A stretch of DNA of 64,000 nucleotides from Candidatus Cloacimonadales bacterium (GTDB lineage: Bacteria > Cloacimonadota > Cloacimonadia > Cloacimonadales > JAFGVF01): assembly GCA_963678315.1 (NCBI GenBank), contig OY782781.1:544001-608000 (forward strand), written 5' to 3'. Below are positions 30,790-41,052 of this stretch, piece after piece (position 1 is the first letter of the stretch; every line of letters starts with the position of its first letter). The notes under the pieces are model-generated. The model saw only the letters and a list, made by a program, of their open reading frames with translations. It did not search any database and was not told the origin of the DNA. A program made the translations under genes and the position numbers.

Positions 30790-30819
30790 TTGACAAATAG
30801 ACTAATCCTATATTATAAT
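30790..30819 (+). promoter_or_regulatory. Sigma70-type promoter for the EF-G gene
   Basis: TTGACA-N18-TATAAT. Confidence 0.6.
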
Positions 30820-30848
30820 TTTAAGAAAATCAAACTGAGGATATATTT

Positions 30849-32939
30849 ATGGCTTCTATAGATTTAAATAAACTAAGAAATATTGGTATAATGGCTCATA
30901 TAGATGCTGGTAAAACAACAACTACTGAAAGAATATTATACTACACAGGAAAAATCCACAAAATGGGTGAAGTTCATGACGGCAACGCTACTATGGACTG
31001 GATGGAACAAGAAAAGGAACGTGGAATTACAATTACATCTGCGACTACAAAGTGTGACTGGCGTAAACATGAGATTAACATCATCGATACTCCTGGTCAT
31101 GTTGACTTCACTGCTGAAGTTGAACGCTCACTGCGTGTTCTAGATGGTGCTATTGGTGTATTCTGTGCTGTTAGTGGTGTGGAACCTCAGTCTGAAACAG
31201 TGTGGCATCAAGCTAACAAATATAATGTTCCGCGACTTGCTTTTATCAATAAAATGGATAGGTCTGGAGCTGACTTTGAAAATGTTGTAGAGATGATTCA
31301 AGAAAGATTATCTGATAAAGCTATTGAAATTCAACTTCCTATCGGTTCTGAAGAAAACTACAAGGGGCTGATAGACCTTATAAATATGAAAGCAATAATC
31401 TATGATGATTCTACTTTAGGCTCTGAATTTGAGATTATTGAAATCCCTGAAGAATATAAAGATACTGCTGAAATGCATCATGAGAATTTGGTTGATGTTA
31501 TCTCTGAATATGATGATGAATTAATGGAGAAGTTCCTTGAAGGCCAAGAAGTAACTAAGTGCGATATAATTAGAGCATTAAGAACTGCTGTTATTGACCA
31601 TCAAGTTGTACCTATTCTTTGCGGATCATCACTCAAGAATAAAGGTGTTCAACCGCTATTAGATGCTATTATTGACTTTCTACCATCTCCTCTTGATATA
31701 CCGCCGGTTAAAGGCACTAAAATAGATTCAGATGATTTAATTGAGATAAAGTCTAACCCTGATGGCAAGTTGATTGGTTATGCCTTTAAAATTGTTACTG
31801 ATAAGTTTACTGGAAAGCTAGTCTATGTTAGAATCTATTCAGGAACTCTTAGCAAGGGTGCTGTCTTTATTAATGCTAACAATGGCAAGAAAGAAAGAGC
31901 TGGCAGAATATTACAAATGTATTCTAACAGGAAGCAAGATATAGATGAGTTAAGAGCAGGTGATATTGGGGCTATCTTAGGCTCTAAATTCACCATGACA
32001 GGTGAGACTATCACTGAAAAGGGAAACAATGTAATATTAGATAAAATGGAGTTCCCTGACACAGTTATTTCCATTGCTATTGAAGCAAAATCCAAAGGTG
32101 ATGAAGCTAACTTAAAAGATGCTCTTGAGAAGTTCCAAGAAGAAGACCCTACTATCAAAGTTCGTGAAGATAAAGATACAGGTCAAACTCTCATCTCTGG
32201 TATGGGCGAACTACACTTAGAAATCATTGTAGACCGTCTTAAACGTGAATTCAATGTTAATGCTAACGTAGGTGACCCTCAAGTTGCTTATAAGGAAACA
32301 ATTCTTCAAGCTAATACAGCAGAAGAGGTTTTCGACAGGATGCTTGGCGATAAACGTGCTTATGCTAAAGTTAAAGTTAAGGTTAGTCCAATTCAAGCAG
32401 AAGATATTGATTCTAAATATAAGAATAAGTTTACTTTTAAAGGATCTGATGAACTAAAAGAATGCTTTAAAAATGCTATCGAAGAGGCAAGTCTTAACGC
32501 CCTCAACGATGGACCAATCTTCTCAGCAAACTTAGAAAGAGTTCATGTTGAAGTTGTCCATGCTGAAACTCTTCCTGATGAAGATAACGACACAGGATTC
32601 AGAATTGCTACATCAATGGCTGTTGGAAGAGCTATCAGAGAAACTAAGTCTGCCCTACTCGAACCTATTATGCTTGTAACAGTAATAACTCCTGAAGATT
32701 ATGTTGGAGACATTATCTCTGACCTAAATAGTAAACGTGGTAAGATAGAAGAGATTAGAATGCAGAACAGCAAACAAGAAATCATTGCTAAAGTACCAAT
32801 GCGTGAGCTCTTTGGTTATTCAACTACTATCCGTTCAATCAGCTCCGGAAGAGCTATCTATACTATGGAATATAGTAACTACGAAATCGTTCCTAACAAT
32901 GTAAAAGAAGAAATCTTAAAGAAAATTAGAGGCTATTAG
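30849..32939 (+). CDS. fusA: Elongation factor G paralogue (stand-alone, divergent domain IV)
   Basis: [26 protein letters not shown] and GMGELHL motifs; not adjacent to rpsL, rpsG or tuf. Confidence 0.9.
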   Translation: MASIDLNKLRNIGIMAHIDAGKTTTTERILYYTGKIHKMGEVHDGNATMDWMEQEKERGITITSATTKCDWRKHEINIIDTPGHVDFTAEVERSLRVLDGAIGVFCAVSGVEPQSETVWHQANKYNVPRLAFINKMDRSGADFENVVEMIQERLSDKAIEIQLPIGSEENYKGLIDLINMKAIIYDDSTLGSEFEIIEIPEEYKDTAEMHHENLVDVISEYDDELMEKFLEGQEVTKCDIIRALRTAVIDHQVVPILCGSSLKNKGVQPLLDAIIDFLPSPLDIPPVKGTKIDSDDLIEIKSNPDGKLIGYAFKIVTDKFTGKLVYVRIYSGTLSKGAVFINANNGKKERAGRILQMYSNRKQDIDELRAGDIGAILGSKFTMTGETITEKGNNVILDKMEFPDTVISIAIEAKSKGDEANLKDALEKFQEEDPTIKVREDKDTGQTLISGMGELHLEIIVDRLKREFNVNANVGDPQVAYKETILQANTAEEVFDRMLGDKRAYAKVKVKVSPIQAEDIDSKYKNKFTFKGSDELKECFKNAIEEASLNALNDGPIFSANLERVHVEVVHAETLPDEDNDTGFRIATSMAVGRAIRETKSALLEPIMLVTVITPEDYVGDIISDLNSKRGKIEEIRMQNSKQEIIAKVPMRELFGYSTTIRSISSGRAIYTMEYSNYEIVPNNVKEEILKKIRGY

Positions 32940-32963
32940 CCTTACTATTTAGAATATAAAATT

Positions 32964-33000
32964 AAAGGAGCATTGATTATTTGTCAGTGCTCCTTTTTTT
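32964..33000 (+). terminator. Rho-independent terminator
   Basis: AAAGGAGCATTGA...TCAGTGCTCCTTTTTTT. Confidence 0.8.
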
Positions 33001-33100
33001 ATCAAAGTATCATTAAACCAAAATTATTTTTATCTATTTATTTAAATTTATTGACTTTCCGCAAATATCTTATTATATTGAAAGTAGTTAGGAGGAAGGT

Positions 33101-33547
33101 ATGAAGAAAAACATATATACTCAATTAAAGACTATTGAGAATGGAATGAGTGATTTGTTATCTGCTATGTCTTCGTTGACTCATAATAAATATAGTTTTA
33201 GAGAGAACCATGAAGATTGTTGGACTCCGAATTGTGATGTCTATATTTCGGATGAAAAGTTACATGTAATAATTGAACTTGCTGGTGTAAACAAGGATTC
33301 TATTCATTTAGAATCAACCGATAAATCTCTTTTGATAAAAGGGAAAAGGGACTTTAAGTTCCCTTACAATGATGTTTGCTATTATTACATGGAAATTGAG
33401 ACAGGATACTTTGAAAGAGAAATTATTTTCCCTGACATAAGAATCGATTATGAAAAACCTGATGTTAAGTTTGAAAATGGAATACTAATAGTAACATTTG
33501 CTATTTTAGGATACCAGGACTACACTGTTCCTATTGAAACAGAATAA
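33101..33547 (+). CDS. Hsp20/alpha-crystallin small heat-shock protein
   Basis: WTPNCDV, ELAGV, GYFER and FENGIL motifs. Confidence 0.88.
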   Translation: MKKNIYTQLKTIENGMSDLLSAMSSLTHNKYSFRENHEDCWTPNCDVYISDEKLHVIIELAGVNKDSIHLESTDKSLLIKGKRDFKFPYNDVCYYYMEIETGYFEREIIFPDIRIDYEKPDVKFENGILIVTFAILGYQDYTVPIETE

Positions 33548-33677
33548 GATTTAGCTGGAAAGTTAACAGCTTTATTGGACATAAACTCATTAAGAGTTTT
33601 AAGGGTTTTTTACGCCTACAGTTTTGCAATTATATGTATCATTTTATTGTTCTTTTTTACCCCAAAGCAAGGTCACC

Positions 33678-33990
33678 CTTACTTGTCTCTTTGAAAAAAA
33701 GCCGATTTTTCAATGTGGCAAGTAAGTTAGGAGTGAGTTACTGGGAACGCTTTGCCTTTAGTCCGGCTGCTGCCGGATAGCCGGCTAATACTGGGAACGC
33801 ACAGCCTCCGTGCTGGCTTCACTTAGAACCTAGTGATAAGTGAATTTGTAGAGACGTTTGGAAAAACGTCTCAGATACAAGCTAGAAGCTTGTGTACCCA
33901 GTGGCAATTTCGTAGAGACGTTTGGAAAAACGTCTCAGATACAAGCTAGAAGCTTGTGTACCCATATTAATAGAACACAGACAGCATTGA
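33678..33990 (+). repeat. Composite palindromic intergenic element, copy 3
   Basis: 49-bp palindrome 33678-33726; two ACTGGGAACGC units; two tandem GTAGAGACGTTTGGAAAAACGTCTC-AGATACAAGCTAGAAGCTTGTGTACCCA units; lies between convergent genes. Confidence 0.85.
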
Positions 33991-34009
33991 TTCTAAGGCA
34001 GTAAAACCC

Positions 34010-36154
34010 CTACTTAATCATAATCATTTTAGAGCTTCTTGTATATTCAGGTGTAGAAATTTTATAAAAATAGAGTCCTGATGAAACTCTTTTCCCTTCT
34101 TTATTTACTCCATTCCAGACCAGGCTATGGTTACCTTTATCGAGAGTTTCTTTCACTAGTGTTGTAACTGATTGTCCTTTGATGTTATATATCTCTATGG
34201 AAACAGGCATAGCTTTACTTAAAGTAAAAGAAATAGTTGTTTGAGGATTGAAAGGGTTTGGGTAGCAAGAAAGCTTATCTATAGGCAGTATTTCAGAATT
34301 ATCAATATTAGTGGAGTTATATTCAATAGGACCAATATCGACAGCAGTAGCGTGATTTCTAGGGTTTCCTAGAAGGTCATATTCAGGGAGCATAAAGTCA
34401 AAAGGTAACTGATTAGTTCCTGCGTTTGCAAGAAGAGAGAAGTCCTCTAAAAAGAAAATATCATTCTCTTGATTAATGACTAAATCCTCTGCAAATGTAT
34501 TATTATTAGCAAAGACAAAATCCATTACATTGTGGTTGCAATGAAAATCTTTGATAGAGAAAATTTGGTTATCTTCGAAGTAATAATCACTATTAGCGTA
34601 GACTAAATTATTATAGAAAAGAGGCTTAGAAACAAAGCTTTCAATAAGTCCAGCTTCATAGAAATCATCTTCATTTGTGATTGAATTAAAAAATAGCTGG
34701 TTGTTAAAGATTTTTGGATTAGAAAAATGGACTATGCCAACTGAGCCAGAGATAGAAGCAGTGTTGTTGTTGAATTGGTTGTTTTGAACTACTATATCGG
34801 CGTTGTTATTAAGGGCAAAGGCTGCACCATTATGTGCATAGTTATTCCTAAAAATAGAGTTTTCTATTAGTAGTTTATCAAAGTCAGAAACATTAAATAC
34901 AGCGCCAGAATCAGTAATCAATGATTCTGAAGTGTCTACAGCTTTAGCATATTCAAAGATACAATATTCAAATCGTGATTGTTCATTTGCATCTGAAGTA
35001 TGTATATAATCAATACCATTCCAACAGCCCTCTAAGTTGTCGTTGTTTTCGAATAAATAGAAGTCTTGGCTAGTGAACAAGATTCTGTTGTCAGCTGTGC
35101 CAATGGCTGAAATTGTTCCTTGGCAATCAATTTTATAATTCCCTTGAAAAGAAATGATAGATCCTTCAGCAAATGAGAGAATAACCCCATCTTCTATGAA
35201 AACATCACCTGTTACGCTGATGTTTGTTTCAGTGAGCTGAATACTCTCGCTAATTATACCAGACAGACTTTCTCTAGAGTCAGTTCTTAAGTTAAGGCTT
35301 TCCCTATCATTGATTAGTTCTGTGCAGCTAGATGAAGCAAGAAAAGTTTGACAGCCATATCCTTGAGCAGGACTATTTTCAGCTAACTGATAGTTACCAT
35401 TTTCTGGGTCAACCAACTGAGGGTCAATCATAGAAATATTATCGTTTATCTCAGCCTCCGGCCAAGTTTCTGGAGGTGCTCAGCCATAATCGCAGAATCT
35501 GCCATAATGGCGCATGGGCTCTCTATTTAGACGTGAATCGCTAAAATAAGACCAGTTTCTTTGGATTTGTGGAAAACCATATTCATTGTAGAAAACAGAA
35601 TGTACTACACTAAAACCTGTTGGTAACCACTCTTCTGTATAGCTTGTGAAGTTCACAAAATCATCTCCTGAAGAATAGCAATCTACAAAGATGTTATCAG
35701 TAACACTTATTCCTTGCCCAGTTGCATGGAGTCTTACTGCATAGTCTTCTGCATTATAAAAAGTAATGTTGGATACAGAGCCCTCTGGAAGTAAGTCACC
35801 ACCTTCAGTAGTTCCACGAAACTTAATTCCTCCATTGATAATAATACAATCTGAGATATCTAATCGTTTATCAGTATATTGCAGGGTAATGAAACCACCT
35901 TGGAGATCTAGTATAGCCCCATTCCCAATGATGTTAACATTTACCCCTAAAGTATCACAAAAGTCAGCAGTATTGGAGTTAAAGTAGCCACCAATAAGTA
36001 AAGAGCCTGTGTATACTTGACCTGTATTAAGTGTTAGCACCTTATCATATAACTCATTAGAAGGAGCTAAGTCATAGACTTCTTTTAATGATGTGGCATT
36101 TAGTAGAGTCACCCCAATTAGTAGAAGTAAAAATACAAAAGTTTTATTTTTCAT
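34010..36154 (-). CDS. Secreted parallel beta-helix protein with C-terminal FlgD-Ig/T9SS-like domain; single in-frame UGA at 35480-35482 (candidate selenocysteine)
   Basis: ORFs 35480-36172 and 34010-35431 share a frame and are joined by UGA plus 16 sense codons; only the first has a signal peptide, only the second has the YPNPFNP...SSGLYFYK domain. Confidence 0.75.
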
Positions 36155-36373
36155 ACATCCTCTTAAATACATTTGTTAATATCTATTATTACAAAGATGT
36201 TTATCATTCTTCATAACAAAGATAAGTGATTAATAATAAAATAGCCTTGTTAAGTCAACAACATTTCTTGAGAAGTATTTTTTTGATTGACATAAGGTCA
36301 ATACAAATTTTTGATGTAAGTTAAAGTTAACTAGTAAGAAAGATAACAAAAATATATATCAGATGGAGGATTT

Positions 36374-37435
36374 ATGAAAACTGGTGGAAGTCGTTACGGA
36401 ACTCACAGAGTTGTTGAACCACAAGGTGTTTTACCACAACCAGCGAGAGTTGTTGATAACAATATGACTGAGATATGGGATAATGAGATGCTCATCGATG
36501 TTATTAGATTAAATGTCGATTCTGCTTCTTTCCATCAAATCAAGAATAAATTAATTGCACAAGGCCATGAAGCAGATTTAGAAAAAGCATTTGCAGACCA
36601 TGTTATTGACTTAACAGAAAGAACTGGTAAGCATAAAAATGAAGATACAGGTTCAGGTGGAATGCTTATTGGTAGAGTTGCTAAGATCGGTCCTAACTTC
36701 GAAATGAAAGATGAAGTTAAAGAAGGTGACTTGATAGCTACATTAGTTTCCTTGTCATTAACTCCTTTAAAAGTGAATGAAGTAAAACGTGTAATTTTAG
36801 ATAAAGACCAAGTTGAGATTGAAGGTCAAGCTATCCTTTTCAGTTCAGGAATCTATGCTAAACTTCCAGAAGATATGGATATTAACTTAGCATTATCAGT
36901 TCTTGATGTTGCAGGTGCTCCAGCTCAAGCAGAAAGATTAGCTAACGCTGGAGACACAGTAGTTGTTTTAGGTGCAGCAGGTAAATCTGGTGTTCTTTGT
37001 AATGCTATCTGTCGTGAAAGAGTTGGTGTTTCTGGTAAAGTTATTGGTATTGTTCACCATGAAATCCACAGGGAAGAAGCATTAAAATCAGGTTGTAATG
37101 AAGTTTATATTGGCGATGCAACAGATGCAATAGCTATTGAAAAAACTATTCATGAAGCAACTAATGGTAAAATGGCTGACTTGGTAATAAATGTTGTTAA
37201 TGTAGAAAATACTGAAATGGCATCAATTATGGCTTGTAAAGATAGAGGTACAGTATACTTCTTCTCAATGGCTACATCATTCACAAAAGCTGCTTTAGGT
37301 GCTGAAGGTATCGGTGCAGATGTTGATATGATTCTAGGTAATGGCTATGCACATAATCATGCTATGATTTCTATCGATTTACTTCAAAGAAATGAATACT
37401 TAATGGGCTTATTCAAAACTAGATACACAGACTAA
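36374..37435 (+). CDS. kdd: L-erythro-3,5-diaminohexanoate dehydrogenase
   Basis: YGTHRV.EPQGVLPQPA, TGSGGMLIG, ATLVSLSLTPL and FSMATSFTKAALGAEG motifs; adjacent to kamA. Confidence 0.92.
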   Translation: MKTGGSRYGTHRVVEPQGVLPQPARVVDNNMTEIWDNEMLIDVIRLNVDSASFHQIKNKLIAQGHEADLEKAFADHVIDLTERTGKHKNEDTGSGGMLIGRVAKIGPNFEMKDEVKEGDLIATLVSLSLTPLKVNEVKRVILDKDQVEIEGQAILFSSGIYAKLPEDMDINLALSVLDVAGAPAQAERLANAGDTVVVLGAAGKSGVLCNAICRERVGVSGKVIGIVHHEIHREEALKSGCNEVYIGDATDAIAIEKTIHEATNGKMADLVINVVNVENTEMASIMACKDRGTVYFFSMATSFTKAALGAEGIGADVDMILGNGYAHNHAMISIDLLQRNEYLMGLFKTRYTD

Positions 37436-37444
37436 GAGGTAACT

Positions 37445-38692
37445 ATGGCTGGAATTATTGATATCAAAACAATTGCTAGTCCTGATCAATGGAATGACTG
37501 GAAATGGCAATTAAAAAATAGAATTACTACATACGAAGATTTAAAGAAATATATTACTCTTTCTGAAGAAGAAGAAGCAGTATTCTCAGGAGAAGGATTC
37601 CCATTTAGAATGGCTATCACTCCTTACTACTTATCACTAATTGAAGAAGGAAACTTCAATGACCCAGTTAGATTACAAGCTGTACCTAAAATTCAAGAAT
37701 CAGCTTTAGTAAAAACTGATATGTCTGATCCTCTTCATGAAGATACAGATTCTCCTACTCCAGGATTAACTCACAGATATCCAGATAGATGTTTACTTCT
37801 CTTAACTGACCAATGCTCAATGTATTGCCGTCACTGTACTAGAAGAAGAAAAGCAGGTGAACATGATGCTCCAATGCCTAAAGATAACGTATCTAAAGCT
37901 ATTGAATACATCAGAAATACTCCTGAAATCAGAGACGTTATTCTTTCTGGTGGTGACCCATTAACTTTGGGAACAGCTAGACTTGAAGAAGTAATCTCTG
38001 AAATTTCAGCAATTGACCATGTTGATATTATTAGAATCGGTTCAAGAATCCCTGTTGTATTACCTCAGCGTATCGATGATGAACTTATCGCTATGTTGAA
38101 AAAATACCCAATGATCTGGATGAATACTCATTTCAATCATCCTAATGAAATGACTCCAGAAGCAGAAAAAGCTCTTGCTAAACTTGCTAATGCTGGTGTT
38201 GTTCTTGGTAACCAATCTGTGTTACTTAAAGGTGTAAATGATCATGTTGATGTAATGAAGAATCTTGTTCATGTTCTTGTTAAGAATCGTGTACGCCCTT
38301 ATTATATCTACCAATGTGACCTTTCAGAAGGTATTTCACACTTCAGAACTCCAGTATCTAAAGGTATCGAATTAATCGAATCCCTAAGAGGTCATACTTC
38401 TGGTTTATGTGTACCTACATTTGTTGTTGATGCTCCAGGTGGCGGAGGTAAAATTCCTGTTCAACCTAACTATATCATCTCTCAAATGCCAGGAAGAGTT
38501 ATCCTTAGAAACTATGAAGGTTTCATAACTACTTATACTGAACCAGAATTCAAAGAACAAGATACAAACGATTATCGCCAACCTGTTAGAGAAGAAAGAA
38601 AATCTACTGAAGGTGTTATGCAACTTCTACGTGGAGAAAAAGTTTCTATTGGTCCAGCTGATACTAAGAGAAATAAAAGACAAAAACACTAG
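37445..38692 (+). CDS. kamA: L-lysine 2,3-aminomutase (radical SAM, PLP)
   Basis: WNDWKWQ, THRYPDR, CSMYCRHC, SGGDPL and DAPGGGGKIP motifs. Confidence 0.95.
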   Translation: MAGIIDIKTIASPDQWNDWKWQLKNRITTYEDLKKYITLSEEEEAVFSGEGFPFRMAITPYYLSLIEEGNFNDPVRLQAVPKIQESALVKTDMSDPLHEDTDSPTPGLTHRYPDRCLLLLTDQCSMYCRHCTRRRKAGEHDAPMPKDNVSKAIEYIRNTPEIRDVILSGGDPLTLGTARLEEVISEISAIDHVDIIRIGSRIPVVLPQRIDDELIAMLKKYPMIWMNTHFNHPNEMTPEAEKALAKLANAGVVLGNQSVLLKGVNDHVDVMKNLVHVLVKNRVRPYYIYQCDLSEGISHFRTPVSKGIELIESLRGHTSGLCVPTFVVDAPGGGGKIPVQPNYIISQMPGRVILRNYEGFITTYTEPEFKEQDTNDYRQPVREERKSTEGVMQLLRGEKVSIGPADTKRNKRQKH

Positions 38693-38717
38693 GCTTATAA
38701 GTCAGTAATTATATATT

Positions 38718-38744
38718 GAAGAGCTCCGGATTAGGAGCTCTTTT
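38718..38744 (+). terminator. Rho-independent terminator
   Basis: AAGAGCTCC-GGATTA-GGAGCTCTTTT. Confidence 0.8.
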
Positions 38745-38748
38745 ATGT

Positions 38749-38849
38749 TTATATCTTATCGGGTATAAAATGCTTGAAAAGAATATGTTTATATCAGTTC
38801 GGGTATAAATCAATAAAAAAGCTTGACATTATATCTTATCGGGTATAAT
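38749..38849 (+). promoter_or_regulatory. Three HipB-type operators overlapping the toxin-antitoxin promoter
   Basis: TTATATC-N6-GGTATAA at 38749, 38789 and 38829 (40-bp period); TTGACA at 38823 and TATAAT at 38844. Confidence 0.75.
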
Positions 38850-38868
38850 AAATACATGAGGTAAGATA

Positions 38869-39096
38869 ATGAAACAAGATATAGGAGCTTTCGTTAAAAT
38901 AGAAAGAAAAAAATTTGGAATGACCCAAAAGGATCTAGCTTTTAAGGCAGGGGTTGGGTTACGCTTTGTCCGGGATCTTGAGCAAGGCAAACAAACCGTA
39001 AGATTAGATAAGGTGAATGATGTACTCAGGCTATTCAATAAGCGTGTAGGCGTAATAGAAATCAAATATGAAGATTGGGGATTTGATGATGAATAA
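38869..39096 (+). CDS. HipB-like XRE HTH regulator (y4mF type)
   Basis: MTQKDLA.KAGVGLRFVRDLEQGK.T.RLDKVNDVL. Confidence 0.9.
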   Translation: MKQDIGAFVKIERKKFGMTQKDLAFKAGVGLRFVRDLEQGKQTVRLDKVNDVLRLFNKRVGVIEIKYEDWGFDDE

Positions 39097-39421
39097 ATCT
39101 GGGAAAGTATTCTTTAACGATGATTATGCAGGAATAATAACTGAATCAGATGATGATTTTGTTTTTGAATATGATGAACAATATTATTTAAATGATTCTA
39201 AAAAAAGTATAAGTTTAACATTACCTAAAACACAAAAAAAATATACAAGCAGTTTTCTCTTTCCTTTCTTTGATGGACTTATTCCTGAAGGGTGGTTATT
39301 AGACCTTGCACAGGAAACTTGGAAGATTGATAGAAATGATAGGATGGAATTACTTCTTAGATGTTGTAAGGATGTCATAGGAGCTGTTAGTATTATTCCT
39401 TTGGAGAAACAAGATGATTAA
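39086..39421 (+). CDS. HipA N-terminal-like protein (HipS-like)
   Basis: ISLTLP and LFPFFDGLIPEGW motifs; probable start at 39086 or 39089. Confidence 0.88.
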   Translation: MMNKSGKVFFNDDYAGIITESDDDFVFEYDEQYYLNDSKKSISLTLPKTQKKYTSSFLFPFFDGLIPEGWLLDLAQETWKIDRNDRMELLLRCCKDVIGAVSIIPLEKQDD

Positions 39422-40352
39422 AAGATGCTTATATTGTTATCAGCCTATCGAAGAAAACTGTGATTATCATGAAAAGTGTAGGTTAGCTTTTTTTGGAGAT
39501 AGAAGTGATGTACTTGTTCCTTATGCTTACAATGAACTTAAAGATCTAGCAAAGAATGTTATCCGTCAAAGTGTCACTGTTCCAGGAGTTCAAACCAAAT
39601 TGTCTCTTAAACTAGAAAAGAATGTGGGAGCAGATAGATTGACTCTAGTTGGTTATAAAGGAGACTATATTCTAAAACCACCAACAGAGAAGTATGCTAA
39701 TCTTCCAGAAAATGAAGATTTAATAATGAAGATGGCTGAATATTTTGATATAAAAACAGTTCCTCATTCCCTGATTAGATTAAAGTCAGGAGAGTTAAGC
39801 TATATAACTCGGAGAATTGATAGGCTAAAAGGTAAAAAAATCCACATGGAAGATTTTTGTCAGTTGAGTGGAAAACTTACAGTAAACAAATACAAAAGTT
39901 CTTCAGAAGCTTTAGGTAGGATATTGTTTAAATATTCAAGCAAGCCAATTATGGAATCAATAGAATTATTTAAAATAATATTATTCTCTTTTCTTGTAGG
40001 TAACAATGACATGCATTTAAAAAATTTTTCACTTATCTATAATAAAGATGAAATTAAACTTGCTCCAGCTTATGATTTACTTGCTGTCAGATTGGTTATA
40101 CCAAAATATAAGGATGATGATGAACTAGCATTGTCAATAGCTGGTAAAAAGAAAAATATAGGGAAAAAGCAATTCTATAGTTTAGGGGAAAAATACATGT
40201 TAAATACGCAACAAATTGATTATGTTTTTACTAAATTCAGTCAACAACTTAGCAAATGTTGTGAGCTTATAGAAGTAAGCTTTTTACCTAAAGGTATGCA
40301 AGAAGAATTAATAAACTTGTTGAAAGAGAGATTCTCTAGGATATTGATATAG
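39414..40352 (+). CDS. HipA-family kinase toxin (HipT-like)
   Basis: VPGVQTKLS, YILKP, MEDFCQL, GNNDMHLKNFS and LAPAYDL motifs. Confidence 0.92.
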   Translation: MIKRCLYCYQPIEENCDYHEKCRLAFFGDRSDVLVPYAYNELKDLAKNVIRQSVTVPGVQTKLSLKLEKNVGADRLTLVGYKGDYILKPPTEKYANLPENEDLIMKMAEYFDIKTVPHSLIRLKSGELSYITRRIDRLKGKKIHMEDFCQLSGKLTVNKYKSSSEALGRILFKYSSKPIMESIELFKIILFSFLVGNNDMHLKNFSLIYNKDEIKLAPAYDLLAVRLVIPKYKDDDELALSIAGKKKNIGKKQFYSLGEKYMLNTQQIDYVFTKFSQQLSKCCELIEVSFLPKGMQEELINLLKERFSRILI

Positions 40353-40375
40353 GCTTGTAAAAGTTATCCAATTCT

Positions 40376-40403
40376 AGAGGGCAGCCAATCTGACTGCCCT
40401 TTT
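40376..40403. terminator. Terminator between convergent genes
   Basis: AGGGCAG-CCAATCTGA-CTGCCCTTTT. Confidence 0.7.
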
Positions 40404-40438
40404 GAATAGGTTGTTGAGAGGATAATTATTATTGCTTT

Positions 40439-41044
40439 CTAAAAGTCCAAACGCTTAATATAATGTTTGGTTACAAAAAATAAAATTAAAAGTAAAATAA
40501 TTCCAGGAAGGGCAATAATCCATTCTACGATTAAATTTTCATTTTTTAGAAATCCAAGAGTAAAAGTAGTTAATCCAACAAAAGATCCAACAGCAATAAG
40601 AACATTCACTATATTGCCCCACATTCCAAAATGCCTGAAATAGTCAAATCCAACTTTAGCTAGAACAGCCGAAGCTCCTGTTGCAAGCAATAGATATGGT
40701 AATTCTTCAAGATTCTTAAAAGCAAATTCATTAGGAACAAAATGATTTTGAATTAAAACAAAAGCGACCATTAGAGAATTTACTGCAAATAAATTGATTA
40801 AGTAAGCTGTGTAATCAGCTAGGAATAGCATATTCCTGGAAACAGGTAATCCTGTAAAGGCAGCGTGTGAATACTTGTGTTGAGCAATGTACATAGAAGC
40901 TGTCCAACCTGAAGCCATGATAGAATAGGTGTAAATTGAGCCTTCTACTGATGATACTATGTGAAAAAAGAATATATATGCTAGGCTGGACCAAAGTAGA
41001 AACTTGGTGGCAAACAAGAAATATTTCACTAATTTAAAATACAT
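40439..41044 (-). CDS. ABC-2-type permease
   Basis: About 6 TM segments; LPVSR motif; downstream of the ABC ATPase. Confidence 0.75.
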   Translation of the reverse strand: MYFKLVKYFLFATKFLLWSSLAYIFFFHIVSSVEGSIYTYSIMASGWTASMYIAQHKYSHAAFTGLPVSRNMLFLADYTAYLINLFAVNSLMVAFVLIQNHFVPNEFAFKNLEELPYLLLATGASAVLAKVGFDYFRHFGMWGNIVNVLIAVGSFVGLTTFTLGFLKNENLIVEWIIALPGIILLLILFFVTKHYIKRLDF

Positions 41045-41052
41045 GATTCCTC

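Noticed and set aside
35480..35482. Genome-wide UGA reassignment (code 4 or 25) as the explanation for the in-frame UGA
   Set aside because: UGA is a genuine stop for pilT (14147), the MFP gene (47637) and tnpA (55366), and no other gene in the window needs UGA read-through.
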